A stretch of DNA of 64,000 nucleotides from an uncultured Campylobacter sp. (lineage in GTDB: Bacteria; Campylobacterota; Campylobacteria; Campylobacterales; Campylobacteraceae), in assembly GCF_937921625.1 (NCBI RefSeq), contig NZ_CAKZTI010000054.1, positions 21,703 to 85,702 of the forward strand, given 5' to 3'. Of this stretch, positions 39,648-49,546 are shown piece after piece (the stretch's first letter is position 1; the number at the start of each line of letters is the position of its first letter). A program made the position numbers and the translations under genes. The notes under the pieces are model-generated. The model saw nothing but the letters and a program-made list of their open reading frames with translations, did not search any database and was not told the DNA's origin.

Positions 39648-40518
39648 CGCTTATCATCCCGCCTTTAGCCCGCTTTTTCAAAAGCTCCTCGATCTCGCGC
39701 TCACTAGCCTCCGCGCCGTCCATATGCAGGTGCCACGCGGCGTTTTGCACAGCTTCTTGCAGGCTGCGTTTTTGCTCGCGCTTTTCGGTTAAAATTTCGC
39801 TTTTAAATTTGATGTCGCGCGCCCCGAGCAGCGCCTCAAACTTTTCGGCGGCGGTAGCAAGCCTTTTATGCCCCGTGCCGAAGCGCTCAAAAAGCGGCGC
39901 CAGCATCGATGAATTACGCTCGCTCGCCCAGTTTAGATAAATTTTGCGCTCGCCCAAAGCCAAAAACGCCTCAAAATCCTCCGTGCTTTTTAGCGCGGGG
40001 CTCATCGTAAGAAACGCGATGTCAAAAGCTGCGGGAATTTTAAAATTTTCGCTCCCTCGGGTTTTGCTCGCGGCGTCTTTAAAATTTAAAGCCCGCGCTT
40101 CTTGAGCTTGCGCGTTTGAAATTTCGCTTTGCGAGCGCGGATAAATTTTAAAATTTTCGCCCGCCGCGTCTGCAAAGCTATCGCGGCTCAGCCGCTCGAA
40201 AAACTCCGCAAAGCTTAAATTTAATACGTTTTGCAAGCTGATGCCAAACTCCTCCGCGCTGCGCCTTAGCTCGCGCAACATCCCCTCCGAGCTATCGATC
40301 GCCGTAACCTTAGCGCCCAGCGACGCGAGATATAGCGAGTAAACCCCCGTGCCGGTGCCCACGTCGAGCACGCTTTTGCCCGCAAAGCTCACGCCCCAGC
40401 CGCGCAGTATCTCAAACACCCGCTTACCGAAATCCCCTAACTCGCCGCTAAATTTAGCGTAACTTTCGGACTTTTTATCCCAGCTATTTTCATGTGCTTT
40501 TTCGCCGATTTTCTCCAC
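39610..40518 (-). CDS. Class I SAM-dependent methyltransferase with a low-complexity insertion
   Basis: VLDVGTGTG, AIDSSEGML and FDIAFLTMSPA. Confidence 0.85.
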   Translation of the reverse strand: MEKIGEKAHENSWDKKSESYAKFSGELGDFGKRVFEILRGWGVSFAGKSVLDVGTGTGVYSLYLASLGAKVTAIDSSEGMLRELRRSAEEFGISLQNVLNLSFAEFFERLSRDSFADAAGENFKIYPRSQSEISNAQAQEARALNFKDAASKTRGSENFKIPAAFDIAFLTMSPALKSTEDFEAFLALGERKIYLNWASERNSSMLAPLFERFGTGHKRLATAAEKFEALLGARDIKFKSEILTEKREQKRSLQEAVQNAAWHLHMDGAEASEREIEELLKKRAKGGMISDEIEASFKLFYI

Positions 40519-40617
40519 CGCTAGCCTTTAAATTTTTCGTAATAATAGCAAAATTTGGCAATTTTTCCGAATTTGGGCTATAATAAATGCTTTCAAAATC
40601 TAGGCGAAAGGGCGTTC

Positions 40618-41385
40618 ATGGCGGACGTGACGATAAGAAATTTAAACTTTGCTTACGAAAAACGCGAAATTTTAAAAGATATAAACTTAAACTACGAGCT
40701 ACGCGATTTTTTAGCAATTTTCGGGCCCAACGGCGGCGGCAAAAGTACCCTTTTAAAGCTGCTTTTGGGGCTGCTGCGACCAAGCTCGGGCACGATCGAA
40801 ATTTTAGGTAGATCGCCCGCGCTTGCCAGAGCGCAAATGGGCTACGTGCCGCAGTTCATCGCGATAAACAAAAGCTTTCCCATAAGCGTGCTCGAAGTCG
40901 TTTTAATAGGGCTGATAGATAAGAAAATTTTCGGCTTCTACTCCAAATCCGAGCGCGAGCAAGCCATGCAAGCTTTGGAGCGCGTAGGCATGCAGAGCTT
41001 AGCCTGCTGCCGTATCAGCGAGCTTAGCGGCGGGCAGAGACAGCGCGTTTACATAGCGCGGGCGCTGTGCGCGAAGACTAAAATTTTACTTCTTGACGAA
41101 CCGCTAGCGAGCATCGATACGATGGGGCAGGTTCAAATTTACGAGCTTTTAAAATCCCTAAATGAGAGCGGCTGTGGCATAATTCTAATCAGCCACGACG
41201 TGCAGCTTGCGCTAAACTACGCAAACCGCGCTCTTTACGTCGCAAACGGCTCGGCGCATACTCATGAGATCGATCCGGGGGGCAGAGCGGAATTTTTAGA
41301 ACACCTGCAACGCGAGCACGGCCACTTCTGCGCCGTCGATCTCGCGCTTAACGAATGCTGCTGCAAGGAGGGCGAAAATGGCTGA
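40618..41385 (+). CDS. znuC: Metal (Zn/Mn) ABC transporter ATP-binding protein
   Basis: GPNGGGKST, GYVPQ, LSGGQRQR and LLDEP; His/Cys-rich tail; start taken at ATG 40618. Confidence 0.85.
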   Translation: MADVTIRNLNFAYEKREILKDINLNYELRDFLAIFGPNGGGKSTLLKLLLGLLRPSSGTIEILGRSPALARAQMGYVPQFIAINKSFPISVLEVVLIGLIDKKIFGFYSKSEREQAMQALERVGMQSLACCRISELSGGQRQRVYIARALCAKTKILLLDEPLASIDTMGQVQIYELLKSLNESGCGIILISHDVQLALNYANRALYVANGSAHTHEIDPGGRAEFLEHLQREHGHFCAVDLALNECCCKEGENG

Positions 41386-42181
41386 AATTTTATCTTACGA
41401 TTTCATGCGAAACGCCCTACTTGGCGGGCTTTTAGTCAGCATAGTCTGCGGCGTCGTGGGCTCTTTAGTCGTGATAAATCGCATGAGCTTCATAGCAGGC
41501 GGCATCGCGCACGGCGCATACGGCGGCATCGGCATCGCGCTATTTTTAGGCATCTCGCCCGTGCTAGGAGCTAGCGTATTTGCGCTGTTTTTGGGGCTGC
41601 TAATCGCTTACGTCACGCTGCGAAACACCGAACGCTTTGACGCCGTAATCGGCGCGATATGGGCGTTTGGAATGGCGCTTGGGATAATCTTTGCCGATCT
41701 CACGCCAGGGTACAAATCCGATCTGATGAGCTTTTTATTCGGCTCGATCTTAGCGATAAATCACGAAAATTTGATCTTCATCGGCATTTGCGGCGCGGCA
41801 TTTGCGGCGCTTACGGCGTGCTTTTACAGACAGTTTTTAGCGATCAGCTTCGATAAGGAATTTGCCCTGCTGCGCGGAGTTAATACGAGCGTCTTTTACT
41901 ACGTCCTCGTAGTGATGGCTAGCCTCGCGGTGGTCGCGTCGATTCAGATCGTGGGGCTAATCTTGGTGATCTCGCTGATGACGATCCCGCCCTTCATCGC
42001 CGAAAAAATTTCAAAAAACTTAGGCTCGATGATGGCGATAAGCTGTGCGCTATCGGCGCTTTTCTGCGCGGCGGGACTTATTTTGAGCTTTAAGCTCAAT
42101 CTAACCAGCGGCGCTTCGATAATCCTAGTCGCCTCGGTCTGCTTTTTCGCAAGCTCGATCTTTAGCAAACTTCGCGCCTAA
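41378..42181 (+). CDS. znuB: Metal ABC transporter permease
   Basis: GGIAHGAYGG, DLMSFLFGSIL and VGLILVISLMTIP. Confidence 0.85.
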   Translation: MAEILSYDFMRNALLGGLLVSIVCGVVGSLVVINRMSFIAGGIAHGAYGGIGIALFLGISPVLGASVFALFLGLLIAYVTLRNTERFDAVIGAIWAFGMALGIIFADLTPGYKSDLMSFLFGSILAINHENLIFIGICGAAFAALTACFYRQFLAISFDKEFALLRGVNTSVFYYVLVVMASLAVVASIQIVGLILVISLMTIPPFIAEKISKNLGSMMAISCALSALFCAAGLILSFKLNLTSGASIILVASVCFFASSIFSKLRA

Positions 42182-43963
42182 AAGCCCGCCTAGCTCGCTA
42201 AGCAGGATGCCTGCGAGTATCAGCGCCGCGCCTAAAATTTGAAGCGCGCTTAGCTTCTCGCCGAAAGCATACCCCATAATGCCCGCGCTTACGGGCTCCA
42301 GCGCGAAAATCAGCACCGTTTTTATCTCGCTTACGCCGCGATTTTGCGCCATTGTTTGGATCACAAACGCCGCAACGGTAGCAAAGATCGAGGTCAAAAC
42401 CAGTGCGAAAACGAAATCAAAGCTCGGCGAAAAGATCAAATTTCCAAGCACCTTTATCTCGCCTTCAAATTCCGCGTGCGGAGTGAAAACCGCCACGAGT
42501 AGCGCGCAGACGCAGACGCAGATGAACTGCACGATCACGAAGCCGTAGAGATTGCTTTTGCGCGCGCAGACGCCGGTAAATACGATGTGAAGCGCGTATG
42601 CAAACGCCGAAACTAGCGTCAGCCGCTCGCCTATGCCGAAACCCACCGCGCTTGCTCCGCTTAAAAAATACAGCCCCAAAAGCGCTACGACCGCGCCGCC
42701 AAAGGCGCTCGCACCGACCTTTTTGCCGAAGAACGCAAGCATCAAAAAGGGCACGATGACGACATTTAGCCCCAAAATAAACGCCACCGTCGAGGAGAGC
42801 GCATAATCAAGCGCTATGGTCTGGCAGGAAAAATCGCAAAATAGCATCAGCCCGCAAAACACGCCCCGCCCTATCGTGCCGCGGTCGAATTTGACGCCGA
42901 AGCGCAGGCAGGCGAGGTAGGTAAAAATACTCGCCGCCAAAAAGCGCCAAAACAAAAAGCTAAAAACGTCGCCGCTATGCAGCGCCCGCTGAACAGGCAC
43001 GAAGGTACAGCCCCAAACGATCGCTACGAAAAGCAGTCCCAGATCCCATAGCCTGCTAGGCGGAGCGGGATTTTGCGCGCGGCTTTGCGCAGAATTAGAA
43101 TTTTGCCCGAAACTCTGCGTAGAGTTCGAGCTTTGCGTGCAGTTTTGCGTAGAGGCAGAATTTTGCGCGGTAGCAGGGCTCTGCGTAGAATCAGAGCTTT
43201 GCGCGAAATCGAAATTCTGCGCGAAATTTAAGCTTCGAGCGGAGCTAGAATTCTCTGCCGAATTAGATTTCTTCGCAAAATTCCGCGCCTTAAAATTTTT
43301 CAATCCAAAGCTCTGCGGCGTATGAGCAGAGCTTGGGCAGATTGCAATGACCTCGGTAAAATTTTTCTTTGAGCGTCGCGTATGGGCGGCAGCGAGACTT
43401 TTTGCGAGGCTTAAATTTGGCTCGTTTACGATGCTTGCACGGCTTAGCGAACTTGCACTGTTTGCGCTGTTGCGAGTAAAATTTTCCGCAAAATTTAATA
43501 TAAAATTTCGCTTGAAATTCTTTGTGGAATTTTCGCAAGGATCTGTTTTGGAGAATTTCGCGGAATTTAAAGCCCTGTTTTCGGCGTAGCTAGGAATCTG
43601 CGCGGGCTTTAAATTTAACGCAAAAGCCGCGAAATTTAAAGCGGATTTTCTTTCGAGATTTTTGACGCGCGGAGCGGAATAGGGCGCTACGAGACTGTGC
43701 ACGGCAAAACCGACCGAGGCACGATTGCGTGCGGCGAAACCGGCCGAAGTGGGATAAAATTTTAAATCTCGCACGCTCATAAAATTTAACTCGGCGACCG
43801 CGTATTGAAATTTAAAATTTCTTTTGAAGCAGGAAGCGGGAGCGAAATTTACCGCACCGCCGGACGCTGTGTTTTCCGCGCACTCACATACCTGATTTGA
43901 GATAAAATTTAAAGCGGATTTTGAATTAAAATTTTCCGCGGGCTCCGAGATAGAATTTTTCAT
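42125..43963 (-). CDS. DMT/EamA family transporter with a ~300-aa low-complexity N-terminal extension
   Basis: The EamA part starts at LLFVAIVWG and includes AFILGLNVVIVP and IFALEPV. Start uncertain; overlaps the znuB 3' end convergently. Confidence 0.8.
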   Translation of the reverse strand: MKNSISEPAENFNSKSALNFISNQVCECAENTASGGAVNFAPASCFKRNFKFQYAVAELNFMSVRDLKFYPTSAGFAARNRASVGFAVHSLVAPYSAPRVKNLERKSALNFAAFALNLKPAQIPSYAENRALNSAKFSKTDPCENSTKNFKRNFILNFAENFTRNSANSASSLSRASIVNEPNLSLAKSLAAAHTRRSKKNFTEVIAICPSSAHTPQSFGLKNFKARNFAKKSNSAENSSSARSLNFAQNFDFAQSSDSTQSPATAQNSASTQNCTQSSNSTQSFGQNSNSAQSRAQNPAPPSRLWDLGLLFVAIVWGCTFVPVQRALHSGDVFSFLFWRFLAASIFTYLACLRFGVKFDRGTIGRGVFCGLMLFCDFSCQTIALDYALSSTVAFILGLNVVIVPFLMLAFFGKKVGASAFGGAVVALLGLYFLSGASAVGFGIGERLTLVSAFAYALHIVFTGVCARKSNLYGFVIVQFICVCVCALLVAVFTPHAEFEGEIKVLGNLIFSPSFDFVFALVLTSIFATVAAFVIQTMAQNRGVSEIKTVLIFALEPVSAGIMGYAFGEKLSALQILGAALILAGILLSELGGLLGAKFAKDRACEKADRGD

Positions 43964-44008
43964 AAATTTAAAGTAGAATTTCGCTGAGATCTTATCGTGG
44001 TCGCGCGC

Positions 44009-44638
44009 CTATCTGACCGTCTTTATCGCGTTTAAAATCGCGCCCGAGTTTTTGCGAAACTCCCTTTCGTTTTTACTTAAAAAATCGAAGCTTTCGTTGA
44101 TGAGCGCGCTGCTAAATTCGCTACTAAAATCGTCTCCGGGCTCGCGTCCAACGGCACTTTTAAAGCTTTTAGCAAAGCTCGCGTCGGCTCCTAGTTCGCG
44201 TGCCAAAGGGCGAATGATTTCGTAAATTTCATCAAAGGCGTTGGTGCGCAGATAGTGGCTAAATAGCACCTCGCCGCTCATTACTGCCTTAGTATCGGCT
44301 TCGGACATATCTTTTATTTTAGCGAGTAGGAGCTTTTTGATCGGCTCTACGGCAAGACTTAGCTTCTTGCTCGCCAGCCTTTGCATATTCTGCACGGCGA
44401 TACTTTTTTTGCCCGCGCGCTCGGTAATGTAGCTAGGCAGATCAAGCTCGTAATCCTGCACGCCAGTGCGTTCGTATTCATTTGCGGCACGCTCTATCAA
44501 AGTGCTTAGTGAGTTTTTAAAATTTTCGCTATCGCCCGCGCCCGCACTAAGCATCACGTCCAGTCCCTTTACGGCAACCTCTTCCCAGCTAGCAGTCGCA
44601 AATAGCGGCAATAAACAAAGGATTAATTTTTTAAGCAA
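44009..44638 (-). CDS. Secreted protein, divergent DUF4197-like
   Basis: Signal peptide; IKDMSEADTKAVMSG...YLR...IIRP and F..LSKNEREFRKN pattern. Confidence 0.5.
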   Translation of the reverse strand: MLKKLILCLLPLFATASWEEVAVKGLDVMLSAGAGDSENFKNSLSTLIERAANEYERTGVQDYELDLPSYITERAGKKSIAVQNMQRLASKKLSLAVEPIKKLLLAKIKDMSEADTKAVMSGEVLFSHYLRTNAFDEIYEIIRPLARELGADASFAKSFKSAVGREPGDDFSSEFSSALINESFDFLSKNEREFRKNSGAILNAIKTVR

Positions 44639-44724
44639 AGTTTTTCCCCAATTAAAGATTGATTATTTTATTTCGAAAATTTTAATGTATAATCAACGCT
44701 TTTATAATACCAAAAGGGCTAAAT

Positions 44725-45279
44725 ATGGAGCTTTTACTCATCGCTTTCGCGCTTGCGATGGACAGCGTAGCGCTTAGTATCTCAAACGGCGCGAAATATC
44801 CGAATTTTAAATTTGCGCAGATCGCGCGCATCGCATTTTTCTATGCGGCGGCTCAGTTTATAATGCCGCTTGCAGGCTACGCTTTGGGGATAAACTTCGT
44901 CAAATTTATCGCGCAGATCGATCACTTCGTCGCGTTTGGGATTTTATCGTTTTTGGGCATTAAGATGATCGCGGAATCCCGCCGCGAGCAGGACGAGCCA
45001 GATCCACGCCTAAGCACGAAGGAGCTGGTGCTGGGCGCGATCGCCACCAGCATCGATGCGATGGCCGTGGGCGTGACCTTTGCGTTCGGTGAGATAAACA
45101 TCCTCTACGCCTGTTGCGTAATCGGGTTCGTCTGCTTCGCGCTGTGCGTCGTGGCGTGCTACGTAGGCAAGCTAACGGGCGAATATCTACACTCAAAGGC
45201 GCTCGTTTTAGGCGGCGTGATTTTGATACTAATCGGAGTTAAAATTTTACTCTCGCACCTCGGTATTATCGATATTTAG
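44725..45279 (+). CDS. mntP: Manganese efflux pump MntP family
   Basis: AFALAMDSVALS, QFIMPLAG and AIATSIDAMAVG. Confidence 0.9.
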   Translation: MELLLIAFALAMDSVALSISNGAKYPNFKFAQIARIAFFYAAAQFIMPLAGYALGINFVKFIAQIDHFVAFGILSFLGIKMIAESRREQDEPDPRLSTKELVLGAIATSIDAMAVGVTFAFGEINILYACCVIGFVCFALCVVACYVGKLTGEYLHSKALVLGGVILILIGVKILLSHLGIIDI

Positions 45280-45334
45280 CGGCTTTTAAGCGCCGCTTTG
45301 CGATAATTTTTAAAACTAATACGCAGGAGCGAAA

Positions 45335-45600
45335 ATGAAAAATTTGATAAACCTAACTAGCGGCGACTGCTTAAATTTGCGCGTGCAGGACAAAATTTTA
45401 ATCAGCGAGAGCGTCAAAAACGGCAAAACTAGGCAGACGCAAAAGGAGTTTGCAAGTGCTGGCGAGGCGCAAAAAGCCTGCGAAAAAAGGAGTGGGAGAG
45501 CCTGAAAAAAGGCTACGTCCTGCAAAACAGCGACGCGAAAGCGAGCGAGGCGAGTTTGCACGTCTATATCGGCGGCGGATACACGGGCGCGCTAGCTAAG
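45335..45600 (+). pseudogene. Frameshifted fragment of a WGR-like domain gene
   Basis: AGGAG RBS and ATG 45335; GKTRQTQKEFASAGEAQKACEK, frameshift in an A-run near 45485, then EWESLKKGYVL...GGGYTGAL. Confidence 0.55.
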
Positions 45601-45642
45601 ATAGATATCAATTTAAAGTCTCAAATGCTTTAACTTTGGTTT

Positions 45643-45861
45643 ATGGTTTTTATCACACATTTTGGCGTATTTTACAGCTTTACGCATACTAGCGACGTGG
45701 CGATCGGCTCGTCGATACTCTTTTTGATGCCGGGCGTTTTTCTCATAAACTTGGTCTTTGATATCCTAAACGACAATACACTTGTGGGCATCAGCAGAGC
45801 CGTGAGCACGGGCATCCTGATACTTTGCATCGCGGGGCGCCTATATCACGCTCTCGCTTAG
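45643..45861 (+). pseudogene. 3' remnant of a ThrE/YjjP threonine-serine exporter gene
   Basis: SSILFLMPGVFLIN..DIL....GISR motif only; the N-terminus is missing. Confidence 0.65.
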
Positions 45862-45878
45862 CAGCGCGGAGATTTTAC

Positions 45879-46375
45879 ATGTTTGAGATTTTGACCGCGA
45901 CTCTCATAGACGGCGCTTTTGCCGCGGTGGCTGGGCTTGGCTTTGCCTACGCTAGCTCGCCGCCAAAAAGGACTCTCGCATTTTGCGCGCTTATTGCGGC
46001 ATTTGCGCACACTAGCCGCTTTTGGATCATGCAGATGGGATTTTTAACATCAGCATCGCTACTCTCATAGTATCATTTTTAAGCGGGATTTTAGGTATGC
46101 TCTTTGCCAAGCGCCTAAAAGTACCGGCCGAGATCATAGCGTTTTTGGTGCTTTTGCCGATAGTGCTCGGAGTTTACGCGTATAAGGGCATTTTGACGCT
46201 GTTTTTTGTTTCTAAACGAGCCTGATATCGCTAAGAAAAACGAATACTTAATCATATTTTTCGATAACGCGATCACAACCACGACGGTCTCGCTAGCTCT
46301 AGGCGTGGGCGTTTCAGTGGTGCTGATTTCATTTTACGATCAGTCTTGATGATAACTAGAGGGGCGAAATTATAG
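45879..46375 (+). pseudogene. Frameshifted YjjB (ThrE_2) exporter gene
   Basis: DGAFAAVAGLGFA...PPKR, continuing in another frame as SFLSGILG...KVPAEII...LLPIVLGVYAYK, with further frameshifts. Confidence 0.7.
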
Positions 46376-46498
46376 AAAAGCAATAAAGCCTTGTATTTTT
46401 ATTCCTAAGATATTTTGTATAAAGAAGTTATTTATATAAAATAATCTATAATACGAAATAGCATATAACAACATGTCTAGGAAATAAAAGGTAAAAAT

Positions 46499-48136
46499 AT
46501 GAGTTTATCATTATCAGCAGAGCAAAAAAACTTAAGAAGTATTTTTGACATTCAGCAGCAGTATGTAATACCTTCCTATCAGAGGGGATACTCTTGGGAG
46601 TATGACGAATGTTATCAAATGTATAATGATATCATGGATGCCCACCATGAAAATCAAGAGTATTTTATTGGAAATCTAGTTATTGCAAAAAGCGACGAAA
46701 ATAAGGATAGATTAGAAGTTGTAGATGGGCAACAAAGGCTTACTACATTGCTTCTGTTTTTTAAGGTCTTGTACATATACCAACCAAAGTTACAGAAATT
46801 ACATGACTGCTATATAAGAAAGGATATATACAGTGATCGTGAAGATATTAGAATAAGATCCGAAGTTTTTGAAGTAAATGATGAAAGAAATCTTGCATTA
46901 GTATTGCACTACGATAGAAATGATTTTAATAACAAAATTAAAGAGTTTTTGGATTCAAAAGGGGGATTTTTGGTTCATAAAATCATGAATATATTTGAGA
47001 GAAATGCTTTATTTTTTTATCACTGGATTGAATATTATATAAATAACGGAGGGGATTTAGATGCCTTTATTAGATTTCTGTTTGAGAGTGTATATCTGCT
47101 TCCTATAGAATTAAATGGAAAAAATTTTGAAGAAGCCAATAACAAAGCGCTAAAGATATTCGAAACTCTTAATAATCGCGGTAAAAGTTTGAATGATGCA
47201 GACATATTTAAGGGGAAATTATATGAAAAAGCGAGAAAGATCAATGAAGCAAAAGCCTTCATTGATCAATGGAAAGACCTAAGAAGTCGTTGTGAGATTA
47301 GTGGTACAAAAATAGATGACTTGTTTAGATATTATTCTCATATAATAAGAGGCAGGGAAAACAAAACGACTTCCGAAATAAATATTAGGGATTTTTTTAT
47401 TGAGGAAAAATATTCGCCATTTAAAACGAAGAATTATGATGAAGTTTTACAAGAGCTATTCGATATCATAGAGGTTGTAGAATTTATAAATAAAGAGAAA
47501 AACGGAGAAACCGAATTGGCTAAATGGTTACAGCTATTGGAAATTTATACAAATCAGTTTCCTAAAATAGCATTGGTAGTATATTTGTATGTTAAAAATA
47601 TTAATACACAAAATACTATCGAAACAGTTAAATTTTTAAAAAAACTTATAAGATTGGTATATTTTAATGGCTCTACTAGTGTCATTAAATTTAAAATATT
47701 TAACATAATAAGAGATATTAGTATTGATAGAGACATTGATGATTTCATTGAGAAAAATATACCCATTGAGCGTTTTGATTATTTGGGACTTCTTAAAAAC
47801 GGATATGCGCTTTTGGCGTTTTATTTAATAGAGGATAAGGCTTTGAAGCAAACTAGTTTTGATAAAATTATTAATTATAAGGATAAAAAGTATCTTGTAG
47901 ATTGGAGTGATGAACAAATATCTGATGTTGTAGATATGCTTGGTAATATAATTGTTTTAGATATAAGCAAGAAAAATATCACTATAGATAAAAAGAAGGA
48001 TTATTTAAAAAAATCAAATATAGAAGAAGTGAGGTCAATAGCTGATGACATGGATAATATATCGTATGAAAAACTAAAAAAAAGAGACATTGAATTAAAA
48101 GAGAGGCTTATTAAATTTTTTAAAGGTGAGATATGA
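46499..48136 (+). CDS. DUF262 (GmrSD-like) protein with a degenerate DUF1524-like C-terminus
   Basis: YVIPSYQRGYSW, VVDGQQRLTT and IFETLNNRGKSL; C-terminal LGNIIVL; AT-rich. Confidence 0.88.
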   Translation: MSLSLSAEQKNLRSIFDIQQQYVIPSYQRGYSWEYDECYQMYNDIMDAHHENQEYFIGNLVIAKSDENKDRLEVVDGQQRLTTLLLFFKVLYIYQPKLQKLHDCYIRKDIYSDREDIRIRSEVFEVNDERNLALVLHYDRNDFNNKIKEFLDSKGGFLVHKIMNIFERNALFFYHWIEYYINNGGDLDAFIRFLFESVYLLPIELNGKNFEEANNKALKIFETLNNRGKSLNDADIFKGKLYEKARKINEAKAFIDQWKDLRSRCEISGTKIDDLFRYYSHIIRGRENKTTSEINIRDFFIEEKYSPFKTKNYDEVLQELFDIIEVVEFINKEKNGETELAKWLQLLEIYTNQFPKIALVVYLYVKNINTQNTIETVKFLKKLIRLVYFNGSTSVIKFKIFNIIRDISIDRDIDDFIEKNIPIERFDYLGLLKNGYALLAFYLIEDKALKQTSFDKIINYKDKKYLVDWSDEQISDVVDMLGNIIVLDISKKNITIDKKKDYLKKSNIEEVRSIADDMDNISYEKLKKRDIELKERLIKFFKGEI

Positions 48137-49536
48137 TTAAAACAATAAAAATCAATAATTTCTTAGCTCATGAAGATTTAGCGGAAATAAACTTAGAAAA
48201 TGGAGATAATTTTTTGCTTTATGGAAACAATGGGGCAGGCAAGAGTTCTATATATGAAGCATTAAAATTATGTTTTTTTTGGGAACGGTTAGTGAATGAA
48301 TTTGTACCGTCTGATATCAAAACCAATGAGGATCGCGAACAGGCAGTAAATGATTTTTATATGAGCTACAACAAAAAAGAGGCTAAAGAGAATTTTGAGA
48401 TTAAGATAAATAACGTCCCTTTTAAAGATTTTAATAGTAGAAATTGTAGTAGCTATATGGCGGATATAAATTTGATAATGGTTGATAAAAGTTTTAAATT
48501 AGAAGATATAATCAAAAAAACTTATCTTTGTGATTGTAAACTTGATAAGGTAATTTTAAAGATTGATGATATTCAAGAAAAATCAAATGATTTTTTGGAG
48601 TATTGTAGAGAAGATATAAAATTAGAAATAGATCAAAAGGATGACTATTATATTAAAGTGGCAAATTCAAAACGAGGTATTGAATATACTAAAGAAATAA
48701 GGAGATATTTTAACGAAGGAAAGGTTAATCTAATTATATTCTCTATTTTATTTGCAATTATTGAAATTTTTAAATCTAAAGAAAGCAAAAATGTATTAAT
48801 CTTAGATGATTTTGTGACTAGTCTTGATAATACAAATAGAGCATTTATTATAAAGTATATTTTAGATTATTTTATAGATTTTCAAATAATAATTTTTACG
48901 CACAATATATATTTTTATAATCTAATTATAGCTATTATCGATATAAAACGGGAAAGCCATGAATATTCAGTAAAGTGGCAATTTGCAAACCTGTATGAGA
49001 TTGGAAATAGTGCTAGAATATATAATAACTCACAATATAAATCAGTTGAGAAAATAAGAAAGTATTATTCTGAACAAGCTAAAGGATCAGAACCACAATT
49101 TAAGATTATAGGGAATTTGATTAGACAAAAATTTGAAAGAATGGTATATGAATTATCAAAAATTGTGATGATTGGTGGTGTTGAAGATAGTAAAAATATT
49201 ATTCATTCGATATGTGGTCAGCAATCAATATATATGAAGAAAGTTGATAAAAAGATTAAACTTGCCAATGATTTAATAACCGAGATTGACGAATTAAATT
49301 CTATTGAAGAGATAAAGAGTAAAATTAAAGAATATCGTTTGGATATTTCTGATGAAATAAAAAATGTACTGTTAAATTTGGACATATATAAAAAAGTTAT
49401 CATGAATCCGCTTTCCCATGCGCCCCAGTTGGACGATAGCCATAATTGGTATGAAAAGGAAATAGAAGATGCGCTGGTTTTGCTAGAAAAATTGGAATTA
49501 AATATTAATGGTTTAAAGAAAGGTATAGTTAATTAG
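48133..49536 (+). CDS. ABC-type (AAA) ATPase with a HEPN-like C-terminus, PrrC/RloC-like
   Basis: Walker A YGNNGAGKSS; Walker B/D-loop ILDDFVTSLD; H-loop IFTHN; C-terminal GNLIRQKFE and MNPLSH; ATGA overlap with the upstream gene. Confidence 0.75.
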   Translation: MIKTIKINNFLAHEDLAEINLENGDNFLLYGNNGAGKSSIYEALKLCFFWERLVNEFVPSDIKTNEDREQAVNDFYMSYNKKEAKENFEIKINNVPFKDFNSRNCSSYMADINLIMVDKSFKLEDIIKKTYLCDCKLDKVILKIDDIQEKSNDFLEYCREDIKLEIDQKDDYYIKVANSKRGIEYTKEIRRYFNEGKVNLIIFSILFAIIEIFKSKESKNVLILDDFVTSLDNTNRAFIIKYILDYFIDFQIIIFTHNIYFYNLIIAIIDIKRESHEYSVKWQFANLYEIGNSARIYNNSQYKSVEKIRKYYSEQAKGSEPQFKIIGNLIRQKFERMVYELSKIVMIGGVEDSKNIIHSICGQQSIYMKKVDKKIKLANDLITEIDELNSIEEIKSKIKEYRLDISDEIKNVLLNLDIYKKVIMNPLSHAPQLDDSHNWYEKEIEDALVLLEKLELNINGLKKGIVN

Positions 49537-49546
49537 TATTTGTAAC

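Noticed and set aside
44639..44724. yybP-ykoY manganese riboswitch upstream of mntP
   Set aside because: The 86-bp AT-rich gap holds divergent promoters and has no room or structure for the riboswitch.
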